Below the pieces are notes generated by a model. It saw only the letters and a program-made list of their open reading frames with translations, searched no databases and was not told the origin of the DNA. A stretch of DNA of 24,329 bases from Octopus sinensis (Eukaryota). Location: NCBI RefSeq assembly GCF_006345805.1, contig NW_021836384.1, positions 1 to 24,329 on the forward strand. The letters are read 5' to 3'. Of this stretch, positions 12,543-24,014 are shown in pieces. Every line of letters begins with the position of its first letter. Within the stretch, counting starts at the first letter, position 1. The position numbers and the translations under genes are program-made.

Positions 12543-13039
12543 CTTGTATTGACAGTCCAGAGTGGCCTCCGCAAGTGGCTACTCTTGTACTGGGAGGAAA
12601 GGAACTTTTCCACTTAACAGACTCCTTTTCAAGGGAGGATTACAGATTTCTCCGTGGGGGCCCCGACTTGCTGGTGCAGGATTGCTTGAAGACCGTAAGA
12701 GAGTTAAGCGGGGATTAGTATGAGAGGTTTATTGCCTCAAGTATGTGTTAAATTTGTAATGCACATTTTAGTCCAAATAAATTGTATGTGTTGAAAAATT
12801 GTAAGAGGTTTGATACCTCAATGTATATGTTTAAATATTGAAAAATGTAAGAGGTTGAATACCTCAATATATATTTGTGAAAGAACAATGTTATAGAGAA
12901 GCAGTGGGTCGGCGGGCGCTTTTTCTCTTCACCAATCCTTATCATTCTCGTATCATCATCATTCATTTCATTAATGTCTTGTCCAGCCCGCAAAGCTACC
13001 TAATCGTTGTACTGTCTTTATCACAAATACAATAAAATA
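12543..13039 (+). mobile_element. 5'-truncated retro-insertion (possibly L1/Tx1-like) bounded by a target-site duplication
   Basis: Flanked by identical aagtagcttgcttacct (12526-12542 and 13040-13056); begins in an open frame (..CIDSPEWPPQVATLVLGGKELFHLTDSFSREDYRFLRGGPDLLVQDCLKTVRELSGD*), then AT-rich UTR-like sequence ending aaatacaataaaataa. The clade is inference. Confidence 0.7.
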
Positions 13040-13056
13040 AAGTAGCTTGCTTACCT

Positions 13057-13358
13057 GGATTCCGGTTACCCAGAGTGCATTTGTTTTGTTGTTTGTGTGC
13101 GAGTCGGACGTTTTTGTTTTTTTTGCTGCTTTGAGGGCAGACATAATGTACTCAGACTTTAGCGGGTCTGAGTTGTCTTCGGCAGAGGAAGAGCTGGTAA
13201 GGGCGGTCATAAAGATGGACGGAATGTTGGAAAAGACAAGGAGTTTTGCTGAGACCACGGAGATGAAGCGAAGGGTGTTGGACTTGGCTGGTCTGAAGGA
13301 GTATGAGAAGATGGTACAGAAGGTGGGAGGCGACGTGCGGTCACAGTTTAATGAGTGA
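13057..13358 (+). mobile_element. Putative 5' end (UTR plus start of an ORF1-like frame) of a retroelement inserted at the same SINE site; 3' part deleted
   Basis: Non-SINE sequence follows the second repeat; ATG 13146 opens the charged, helix-like frame MYSDFSGSELSSAEEELVRAVIKMDGMLEKTRSFAETTEMKRRVLDLAGLKEYEKMVQKVGG, which runs into SINE tail sequence at about 13339. Confidence 0.5.
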
Positions 13359-13372
13359 AACAAGTAAAAGAT
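13339..13372 (+). mobile_element. 3' tail of a family A SINE
   Basis: ggtcacagtttaatgagtgaaacaagtaaaaga compared with ggccgcagtcaaatgactgaaacaagtaaaaga in the 10023-10437 copy. Confidence 0.7.
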
Positions 13373-13606
13373 GAAACATAAAATATAAAAGAATGCACAG
13401 ATAGATAAACAAGAAAAACCCAAAATCCCAAACTACAATGTTTGACACTGAGCCAGGGTTTTGAAGATGAGGGATCAATAAAAATGGACGGGTTTTGACT
13501 GGATTGCTCTTCTCGTTGCATAGCGGTATTTGCTTCGGTTCGTTGCATTCCGAGTTCGGACTTGTTTCAGCCTAGAGCAAGAGTACTAATATAAATATTT
13601 ATACAA

Positions 13607-13642
13607 AAATGCATGGTCTGGCAGAAATGCATGGTCTGGCAG
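13607..13642. repeat. Perfect 18-nt tandem duplication
   Basis: aaatgcatggtctggcag twice (13607-13624, 13625-13642). Confidence 0.95.
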
Positions 13643-13719
13643 GAGATAGACAAACTGGGTTTATAGCAATATATAATAACATACTATATGCTAACTGAAT
13701 TAAAGAGTATACTTTTAGA

Positions 13720-14049
13720 TATCTGTACGTGTATGCGTATGTGTATTTAGAAGTGTGTACCTTTCTATATATGCATGTGTATGTAAGCATAAATAAACAT
13801 ATATGTGCAAACACACGCACATACACATAAGATTTACACACACTGACATGCGTACACACACGAAAAGACACACGCACAAACACACACACACAAACACATA
13901 TGTTGGAAGATAACATATTTATCGGGACACAATTGTATTTCTGAAAACGGGTTCTATTTATGAAGATACAAACACAAACCGTCGCCAGCCGATTCGGTTT
14001 GTGTCTGGCTCTTGCTTTTTCTCCCTTTTTCTCCATGTGTGTATGCGTC

Positions 14050-14115
<66 letters not shown>

Positions 14116-14689
14116 AATACATATATATGTATCTGTGTATATACATACTTATACACACAGATTTCGAGATAGAGAGCACGAGACGTATGTAAGATGTATT
14201 ATTAGAGGGAGATACAAAGGGAGAACAAAAGCTTTTTCCCTATCAGATTGTTTGGTTGGCGGCTAACTGTGACATAGAAGCTACTGATAAAGAGCATGTT
14301 GAAAACATTACACACCAGTCACACCTTATCGCTTTGTTTTGTGTTCGCCTGTGAAACTCTGTACGTCATTATACACACATACACACATACACGCACACAC
14401 AACACACACACATACATACATACATACATGATATATATGTCAGTGTGTATGTGTCTGTGTGTGCATGTACATATAATATACGTATAATATATATATATAT
14501 ACATATACACACAACATATATATGCATATATATATATATATATATTAATAATATGCGTTTGTGTGTATGTATTTATATTACGAGTATTAATATATACATT
14601 TACATACTTGTGTTGTGTGTCTGTGTTTATGCACATATGCATACATACATGTATGTTTTAATGCATATAGATAAATAGCTATATGTATG

Positions 14690-14781
<92 letters not shown>

Positions 14782-15787
14782 TATGTATATTTTAAAGTAT
14801 TCTGTCTAACTTCCTATACCCACACACACACATACACATACAGACACACACATGTATATACATATGCATGTGAAAATATGAGTGAATATACATGTGTGTG
14901 TATCTGTTTGCATGTTTAAAGATGTGTATATATGCGTATGCATGGATTTCGGTATCTAAGTGTGTATATGTGTGGGCATGTTTGTGTTTACTCTTATGTA
15001 ATGGTGTGTTGGTATTTGATATGTAAAAGATTACATGTGTGTGTGTGTATGTGCATGTTCCTTCGTGTACGTGTGTGTATATAGAAGCTTATTTGCGCTT
15101 GTTCGCGTGCGTGTGATTCATATGTGCATTTGGGTGTATGTGTGTCAACATTTGTTTGTGTGCATGTATATATATGCGCACGTGTGCTTGTATATATATG
15201 AGCACGCCATTCTATGTATTTGCGTGAGTGCGTACATGTATCTACGTGTGTGTGTGTGTGTGTACGCTTATATAGTGTGTGTTTATATGTGTGTATGTGT
15301 GTGTTAGTCTGTTGCTTTACAAATCAAAGAAGCCATGAATCGTATTGTGAACACCTTGCCCTGTTATGTGTGTATCTGCTTACGCATCTATGTATGTGTG
15401 TATGCATGTATGTATGTATATATGTATGTATGCATGTATGTGTGTGTGCATGTAGTTATGTAAGCGTTTGTTTTTGCTTGTGTGTGTATGTGTGTATATG
15501 TGTATGTGCATCTGTGGTATTGCTTGTGTTGGTGTGTATGTTCACGGCATATTCCTGTATACAGGTTGCTGGAAATGAGAAGTGAGTATGCAAATAAGTT
15601 TATTTACACACACACACATACACACACATGCACACACCTATATATACATATGTGTGCATGTGCGTGTTCAGATGTTAAGTACAAACATATATATGTATAC
15701 ATATGTATATATATATATATATATATACACATGTGCACACATATAAGCATATATATGTATGTGTACGTCTGTGGAGCATTATATTGC

Positions 15788-15833
<46 letters not shown>

Positions 15834-15899
15834 ATGTGTGTTTGTATGTATGTATATATGTATGTATGAATATATATATGTACATATAAGTATATATTA

Positions 15900-15931
<32 letters not shown>

Positions 15932-17003
15932 AGTACCTTGTGTATATATAATATATATGTATATGTACAGGTATATATGTGAATGTGTGCGTGTGTATAC
16001 GTATGTGTGTGTGTGTGTGTTTGTGTGTAGAGTGTTTGATTTTATATGAATATTTGTTAGTGCGTGTGTATACGTAGTTTGTATGCACGAGAGACAGAAA
16101 CACAAATAAAAGAGATGAGACACACACACACACACACACACATAGAGGAGAAACAGAAGAACCATGAGAGAGGCAAAGAAAGAGAGAGAGAGAGAGAGAG
16201 AATGATGTAATGTGAGAATGGATGTGTGTTAGGTTTGCTTGTGTGGTGTTGTCAATGAGATGAGCTGATAAATATCCTTCAGCTATGAGTTCATAGAACA
16301 TGAAGTGTAATCAAGCCGAAAGAACCGATTCTTTACTGCAGATCTCATCTGGTATTTGGCAACGAATCACTAGTATCTCGTGTTCTGCTCCAGCCTTTTT
16401 CTTCTTCATCACATTCTTGTTGTTCTTGTTGCACGTCTATATTTTGTTATGCTTGTTTGTTATTTTTTGCTAGATTTTTTTATGCTGTGTGGTGGTATCA
16501 CACCGCCTTTCATTTTAGTTTATATATGTGGTTGTATGTGTGTGTTTGTGTATATGTGTGTGGGATGTATTTGTTTGTGTTTTGTTCGGTGCTGCTTTTT
16601 TTTATACTTTTCGTCTTATGAAGGTAGGCATGTATACTTTGAACATTTCAAATTCCCAAACGATGAAGAGGACAAAATAAATTTTAAAAAATAACAAATA
16701 TATAGAGTGAGAGATTTTTGAATTTCATTGGAGCTGACCGTAAACAAGTGTACCTTGATCAACACACTCTTGTATATGCTTTGTGTGTGCGTGTGTCCGT
16801 ATGTGTGTGTGTGTGTGAGATCGTGATTGTATATATATATATATACATATATACATATATACACATACGCATGTGTGAAAAGTGTATGTGTGCGTATACA
16901 CATACACACATGTATATATATATATATATATATATACGTGTGCGTGTATGTGTGTATGTAGATACACTTATATGTGTTTATATATGCATACAAACTACAT
17001 ATA

Positions 17004-17036
<33 letters not shown>
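13720..17036. repeat. Extended, degenerate (CA/TG/TA/GA)n microsatellite field with short unique islands
   Basis: Direct reading. Confidence 0.9.
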
Positions 17037-17057
17037 ATTCTGATTATCTTCACTCAA

Positions 17058-17305
17058 AACGACAACGACGACGACCATAATGATGATGGTGACGATGATG
17101 ATGACGATGATGACGACGACGACGACGGTGATGATGATGATGATGATGATGATGATGTTCATGACAACGATGATGATGATGATGTTGATGATGATGATGG
17201 TGATGATGACGATGATGATTTTAATGATGAGGATGGTGGTGATGATGATGATGATGATGGTGATGGTGATGATGATTATGATGACGATGACGATAATGAT
17301 GACGA
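17058..17305. repeat. (GAT/GAC)n trinucleotide tract
   Basis: Direct reading; produces artefactual poly-D, poly-M and poly-I ORFs. Confidence 0.95.
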
Positions 17306-17665
17306 AGGAATTAAAGAATAGAAATAATGCACAGGATAAAGTGAAGCTGATGTAACATGCAAACACTATCCGACACTTGCACAACGCAATGTTGTACATA
17401 ACCGCAAATACAGGGACATTCACCCGCTGGTGCAGTAGCGTCTCACATGGACATGTCGAAAGCAGAAGCTAACAGCAACAACAACTGCAACAACAGCATC
17501 AACAACAACAACAACAACTACAACTACAACAACAATTATAATCACGGCCAGAATCACCAGGAAAGTATTAGATAGTTGGATAGAGCTGATAGCGGGGTAC
17601 CATAGCCTGCAGATAGCAAGCCCGGTACACATTCAAGACTCTAAGAGCAAAAAGACAACGTGAGT

Positions 17666-17719
17666 TAATAATTGATAATAATAATAATGATAATATAATA
17701 ATAATATTATTATTATTAT

Positions 17720-17770
<51 letters not shown>

Positions 17771-17803
17771 CAACAACATAATAATAATAATATATAATAA
17801 TTA

Positions 17804-17834
<31 letters not shown>

Positions 17835-17949
17835 CTAATATATAATAATAATAATAATAATAATTATAATAATAATAATAATAATAATAATGATGATGAT
17901 GAGTGATAATAATAATAATAATATAATAATAATAGTAATAATAACAATA

Positions 17950-17980
<31 letters not shown>

Positions 17981-18046
17981 CATAATAATAATAATAATAA
18001 TAATTAATATAATAATAATAATAAATAATAATAATATATAATAATA

Positions 18047-18098
<52 letters not shown>

Positions 18099-18101
18099 TA
18101 A
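17666..18101. repeat. Long degenerate (TAA)n tract, first of five spacers (others about 18551-18652, 18997-19111, 20389-20529 followed by (GAA)n to 20562, and 21088-21134)
   Basis: Direct reading. Confidence 0.95.
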
Positions 18102-18550
18102 TCTGCTCAATACCACAGATGTGCTTGTCAGTTGTTTGACCTTAACCAGTTGAGCATGTCCCTTAGTGGCTGACGATATGTGCATCTCTGATCAGGAGTA
18201 GAAGTAGTGGGGGAAGCATCATAGCCATGTGTTGAGAGGGATTCTTTGGGGTTTGAATAGTTCACCTCTGGAAACATGGGTGGTTCTTTCAACATCCTTA
18301 AACAACCCTTATTCAGGGACCGTTTGAGCGGGATGGGCTACTCAACCTGAAGAAAATTCTAACTGGGCCCCACCTGCAAGGTCATGTGCTGTTTATTTTG
18401 ATATGAGATCACCACCATGTCCGCGCACATATGGTTGTGATGCATGTGCCTGGTGTGACCTTTATCAGACGGGTAGTCATGATGGGTATATTGGGCTTCG
18501 TATATTTTAACCCCAGTGTCACTTTGATGGCATGCACTGCTCTCTCACTC
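18102..18550 (+). mobile_element. Complex about 450-bp insert inside (TAA)n; probable 3' UTR of a 5'-truncated TAA-associated non-LTR element
   Basis: Higher-GC sequence with sharp borders, flanked by (TAA)n on both sides, no recognisable ORF; strand and identity inferred from neighbours. Confidence 0.5.
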
Positions 18551-18618
18551 ATAATAATAATAATAATATATAATAATATAATAATAATAATAATAATAAT
18601 AATAAAATAATAATAATA

Positions 18619-18651
<33 letters not shown>

Positions 18652-18653
18652 TA

Positions 18654-18996
18654 AGGCATCTCAAGGCGGTTACAATACCAGTGATCGTAGGAGCACTAGG
18701 AATGATCAAGAAGGGAACCGAAAATTGTATGAGAATGATCTCTGGCTTACCATCCCTGCAAGAAGTGCAAAAGATTGTCTTAACTGGTACATCACACGTA
18801 TTGAGAAGAGCATTGTCGATGTGAGAACTATTACTACCCATGTATTTTAATTTAACTTTAAAAAATAAATAAAATAAAATAACGAACTAGTGAGTTTAAT
18901 TTAATGGCCTACCAATGTATACTATGAGTTTCTTTGCCCTAGGAGTCGGGAAGACACTCGGCAAGAAATGGAAGCAAATTTAAAAGAAGAAAAAAA
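18654..18996 (+). mobile_element. 5'-truncated R4/Dong-like element (endonuclease C-terminus plus 3' UTR)
   Basis: RHLKAVTIPVIVGALGMIKKGTENCMRMISGLPSLQEVQKIVLTGTSHVLRRALSM* (stop 18822-18824); followed by (TAA)n. Confidence 0.85.
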
Positions 18997-19030
18997 TAAA
19001 ATAATAATAATAGCAATAATAATAACAACA

Positions 19031-19078
<48 letters not shown>

Positions 19079-19111
19079 TAATAATAATAATAACAATAAT
19101 AATAATAATAA

Positions 19112-20388
19112 GTTACAGTTACAGCTACAATATACTTAACTGGACACGAAATGAACTGACCAAAATAGATAGGAAAACAAGAAGAATAATGACAGGATCT
19201 AGGATACATCACCCAATCTGACATAGAAAGACTATATACAACATATAGAAGGTGGTAGAGGCCTATACAGCTGAAAACTACTATAAATAACCACCACAGG
19301 ACTGCAAAAATATCTACTTCAAAGGAAGGGAAACTGATCCAGATAGCGACAAAACACGAGCAAAACAAAAAACTGTTCTCAGTATTTAAGGAAGCTGACA
19401 AATACAAACAAGAAATCATACCACCTAATAACATGAAGAAGAAGAAGAAGATGAAGAAACAACAAAAGCTATAAAACAAATGAAATCCAACTAAAATAGA
19501 ACAGCAACGAACCATGATAAAACGATGGCAAGAAAAGCCCTTCATGGTAAATACTGGACTAAACTAAACGCAAAAGAAATAGACAAAGAAAAATCCCAGC
19601 AATGGTTGAGAAGCTCAGGACTCAAAGCAGAAACACAGGGATTTTTAATTGCAGCAGCAAAGACCAAGCCTCCCCACCAGAATTTAAAAACCAAACATGT
19701 AATGAAAAGAAATATATACAAACCTGCAGAATATGTGGAGATGGACAAGAAACAATAAGTCATATTATCTCTAGCTGCCCAGTCCTGGCTAAGAAGGAAT
19801 ATATTCACAGACATGACAGAGTTGGAACCTACATACATTGGAAGCTATGCCAACATTATGGAATAACAACAGAAAAAAGATGGTATAGGCACACCCAGAA
19901 AAGGTCACAGAAAACGAGAAAGCCACCATACTCTGGGATATGCCGATACACACAGATAGAGAAATTAAGGCCAACAGACCAGATATAGTTGTCAGAGATC
20001 ATGAAGAAAAAAAATGCTTTCTAATTGATGTATCAATACGGGCTGATGACAACGTGTCTCTAAAAGAAATGGAGAAACTCTCAAATACAAAGACCTGGAA
20101 ATAGAGGTAACTAGAATGTGGAATCGAAAACAGAACAATTCCTATCATAGTAGGTGCATTAGGCATGATAAAAAAATATTCAGACAAATACATAACAAAA
20201 AACACCAGGACTTACAAACACATATAACATACAGAAAATTGCACTACTAGGCACTGCACACATCCTACGCAGAACACTTTCCATACAATAACCATCAGAG
20301 CATCACAACAAATCACAGCACACGCCCAAGGCACACAGAGCTGCGCTCGGTAGTGAAGTGAACGCACGCTAAAAAAATAAAACTACTG
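19112..20388 (+). mobile_element. 5'-truncated R4/Dong-like element: post-RT region, CCHC knuckle, restriction-like endonuclease, 3' UTR
   Basis: With frameshifts: YSYNILNWTRNELTKIDRKTRRIMT..HHP.SDIERLY..EGGRGL, LHGKYW..WLRSSGLKAETQGFLIAA, CRICGDGQETISHIISSC, RHDRVG, ILWDMPIHTDREIKANRPDIV..LIDVSI..KYKDLEIE, IPIIVGALG..GTAHILRRTLSIQ* (stop 20289-20291). Confidence 0.92.
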
Positions 20389-20479
20389 AATAATAATAAT
20401 AATAATAATATAATAATAATATAATAATAATAATAATATAATAATAATATTAATAATAATAATAATAATAATAATATAA

Positions 20480-20560
<81 letters not shown>

Positions 20561-20564
<4 letters not shown>

Positions 20565-21084
20565 TGTCAAAGTAAAAAGACCTCGAAACTGAAGTATTCA
20601 AGATGTTGGGCAAGAAGATGAAGTTAATACCAGTAATAATTGGAGCACTGGGCATGATAAGAAAATACATTGACAAAAACGTAGAAGCTATACCTGGATC
20701 CTCAACACGACACACTATCCAAGAGATAGCCCTGCTAGGAACAGTCCACATCCTACGCAAGATTCTATCAATTCAATAATACAACCTAAACAAGACACCC
20801 AACAAACACAAGATGCACTCTATACAGCTATTATCCAGTGAAATAAACTTCTACCGGCGTCCATTCAACCAACGCATTACATACTCAATACACAATACAA
20901 GCAATAATACAACAAAGAACTGCACTCAAGAGAAAAAAAAAACTAACCCAAAACAATACCGGTAAGATTTTTCGCGCTCCCAACAACAGAAAAGAACACA
21001 CCATGCTGCACACACCCCAGCAGCACGGAGGAGCAGCAGGTGATGCAGTAGAAATTTGCCTCAAACTATCAAATGCTAAAGAAT

Positions 21085-21087
<3 letters not shown>
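20561..21087 (+). mobile_element. 5'-truncated R4/Dong-like element (endonuclease C-terminus plus 3' UTR)
   Basis: KLSK*KDLETEVFKMLGKKMKLIPVIIGALGMIRKYIDKNVEAIPGSSTRHTIQEIALLGTVHILRKILSIQ* (stop 20777-20779); (TAA)n at 21088. Confidence 0.85.
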
Positions 21088-21135
<48 letters not shown>

Positions 21136-21168
21136 GAAACAAAAGAGAAGAGTGCCATTGTTATCAAG

Positions 21169-21207
21169 TGAATGATATTTTGACATCTCGTGTCTTCTTC
21201 AGGTTCA
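21169..21207 (-). ncRNA. Decayed minimal type I hammerhead ribozyme motif (Penelope-type)
   Basis: Minus strand UGAAC-CUGAAGA-A-GACA-cgaga-UGUC-aAAA-UAUC-aUUCA: stems I and II pair, palindromic AUAU stem III; two G>A changes in CpG context. Confidence 0.55.
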
Positions 21208-21360
21208 AAAAATGAACTTGTCAATCAGCTTCATTTTGGCAATGTTTAACAAAAAAAAGGCGTTGTTATCAAGTGAACCTTTTTTGCTTCTATACCTTCT
21301 GGAAGAGTAACATCAATCCAATAAATAATAATAATAATAATAAATAACAAAAATAATAAA

Positions 21361-21609
21361 TGCGCCCTTTTTAAAGCCTAGCTATGCTCATGCGCGCGGT
21401 ATCCCGGTTTCTATGGCGAATGTGTTCCCCAGCTGGACGGGACGCCAGTCCATCGAAGCATTACTCATTTTTGTCAGCTGAGGGGACTGGAGCAACGTGA
21501 AATGAGGTGTTTTGCTCAAGAACACAACGCGTCGTCCGGTCCAGGAATGGAAACCACAATCTTACGATCATGGTGCTGACACTCTAACCACTAAGCCACG
21601 CGCCTCCAC
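21361..21609 (-). mobile_element. Full-length tRNA-derived SINE, family B, with (TTA)n-like tail (21322-21360)
   Basis: Minus strand gtggaggcgcgtggcttagtggttagag (A-box), ggtttccattcc (B-box-like), gttgtgttcttgagcaaaacac..cacgttgctccagt central domain. Confidence 0.85.
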
Positions 21610-22086
21610 AGATAATAATAATGATGATGATAATCTGTCCTCAAATGAAAAGATAAAACAAATAAAAAATATAAACAAACAAACCAGCTTCCAAGATTCT
21701 GAGAAGAAATAGGAGTATAAATCATTGCATGGCACTGTCTACGGCAACAGGCAAACAACTGGATGTTATAGCAGGTTTTAAAATACGAAGGTACCCAAAG
21801 TTGCACTAAGAGATAAATATCCCATAATACTCCTCTGAGAAATGCATCTAACCGAACAAATAATGTGTACCTAACTGACGATATAAGACAAATATAAAGA
21901 AACAGAGCCAAACAGACAAGCCTGTAATATATTAACGAAAAATGAAGGCAAATAATCCATCAGAACCAAGGACTCTGATATCGACCAGACACTCAGCCAT
22001 CAGCAGTTTGCATGATCTGGTCTTTAGTCGAAACCTGAAGGGTATATAATTGCTGCACAGAATCAGAGCCTTCCAGCGCGCGAGCT

Positions 22087-23000
<914 letters not shown>

Positions 23001-23824
23001 ATCATCGTATTTTTACGTACAAAGACCGTCTTGAAGAAAAGGAGCGAAATAATGGATTTTGTTGTATTAGAGACAATGTTAAACTACTTTACGCAACAGA
23101 AAACACTTTGTGGTCCTATGTTTGAATATACATCTAAAACGCATATCATACTTATGTACATAAATTTCATTTTTCTCTATGCTAGTCATCAATATATTTT
23201 CACATTCGCCTTTCAAGCATATATATGCTGCAAGAAAATAATATCTTGAACTTAGTGTATGTTATGAATACTCTTTTAAGAAAAATTCTTTCCGTTTTTA
23301 TATCTCAAACTGCTTAGACAGTATACAGATTACATAATACATAATTCATTTAAAAATTGAGAAAAAAAGGATTAATTCTACAAATATTGACAATGAAATA
23401 TATAGACCACTAACAGATGTTAATTCACATATTGTATTGCAATCGCTTTTCTATATTTGAATATTTATTTCCTATACGTATACACTTATTTTTTGCAATC
23501 TTTCTATATTTCTGGCAATTTTTATTTTGTATTAATTTTTTAGCTACACTTTTCCACGAAGAACGCTCATTGTTTCATGAAATAGCTGTTTCCTTTTCCT
23601 TTTTAATGACACAGTTACTTGTATATTGTATATTGTATATTGACAAGATATTGACGATGCTCATTGACCTCATACTTGGCGAGAAAAACAATTACGTACT
23701 TGTGGCATACGGAATTTTGATTATCATATGATACATACATACATACATACATGCATACATACATTCACACACACGCGCAAACGCATACACATAATTATAC
23801 ACACACATGTATATAAATGTATAT

Positions 23825-23867
23825 CTGATGAACCCTACAATAGGGTAAAAGCAGAGAGACTTTGCTA
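23825..23867 (+). ncRNA. Hammerhead ribozyme-like core, probably inactive (G12A, stem I eroded)
   Basis: CUGAUGA-ACCCU-acaau-AGGGU-aAAA-GCAGAG-aga-CUUUGC-UA: 5-bp stem II, 7-bp stem III including A15.1-U16.1, CUA cleavage triplet. Confidence 0.6.
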
Positions 23868-23935
23868 AAACAAATCGGTTATTAATATACAGCGACCTGT
23901 ATTACTTCCATTTCATTCTCTTTGCAAACTGATTC

Positions 23936-23974
23936 AATTATATACCTATGTATGTACATTTGCATACGTTTATA

Positions 23975-24014
<40 letters not shown>

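Noticed and set aside
13049-13058. gcttacctgg resembles the U1 snRNA 5' end (ATACTTACCTGG)
   Set aside because: Only about 9 nt match, explained by the SINE-derived repeat; downstream sequence is not U1
17439-17665. Open frame (..ITRKVLDSWIELIAGYHSLQIASPVHIQDSKSKKT) ending at a GTGAGT donor-like site
   Set aside because: No polypyrimidine acceptor, much of it is CAA repeat, no recognisable homology; cannot support an exon
18170-20050. Other CTGANGA words (18170, 18347, 20043; also 21875)
   Set aside because: No correctly spaced stem II plus GAAA; one lies within the endonuclease coding frame
17666-21134. Repeat-spacer alternation superficially like a CRISPR array
   Set aside because: Repeats are variable-length TAA microsatellites, spacers are 0.3-1.3 kb retroelement ends, the context is eukaryotic and there are no cas genes
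21680-21930. Possible very old R4-like relic (EKK*EYKSLHG)
   Set aside because: Single short motif; downstream knuckle and nuclease motifs not recoverable by eye
21950-22010. Minus-strand CUGAUGG...GAUAUCAGAGUC hammerhead-like string
   Set aside because: Both core boxes deviate and stem II is not convincing
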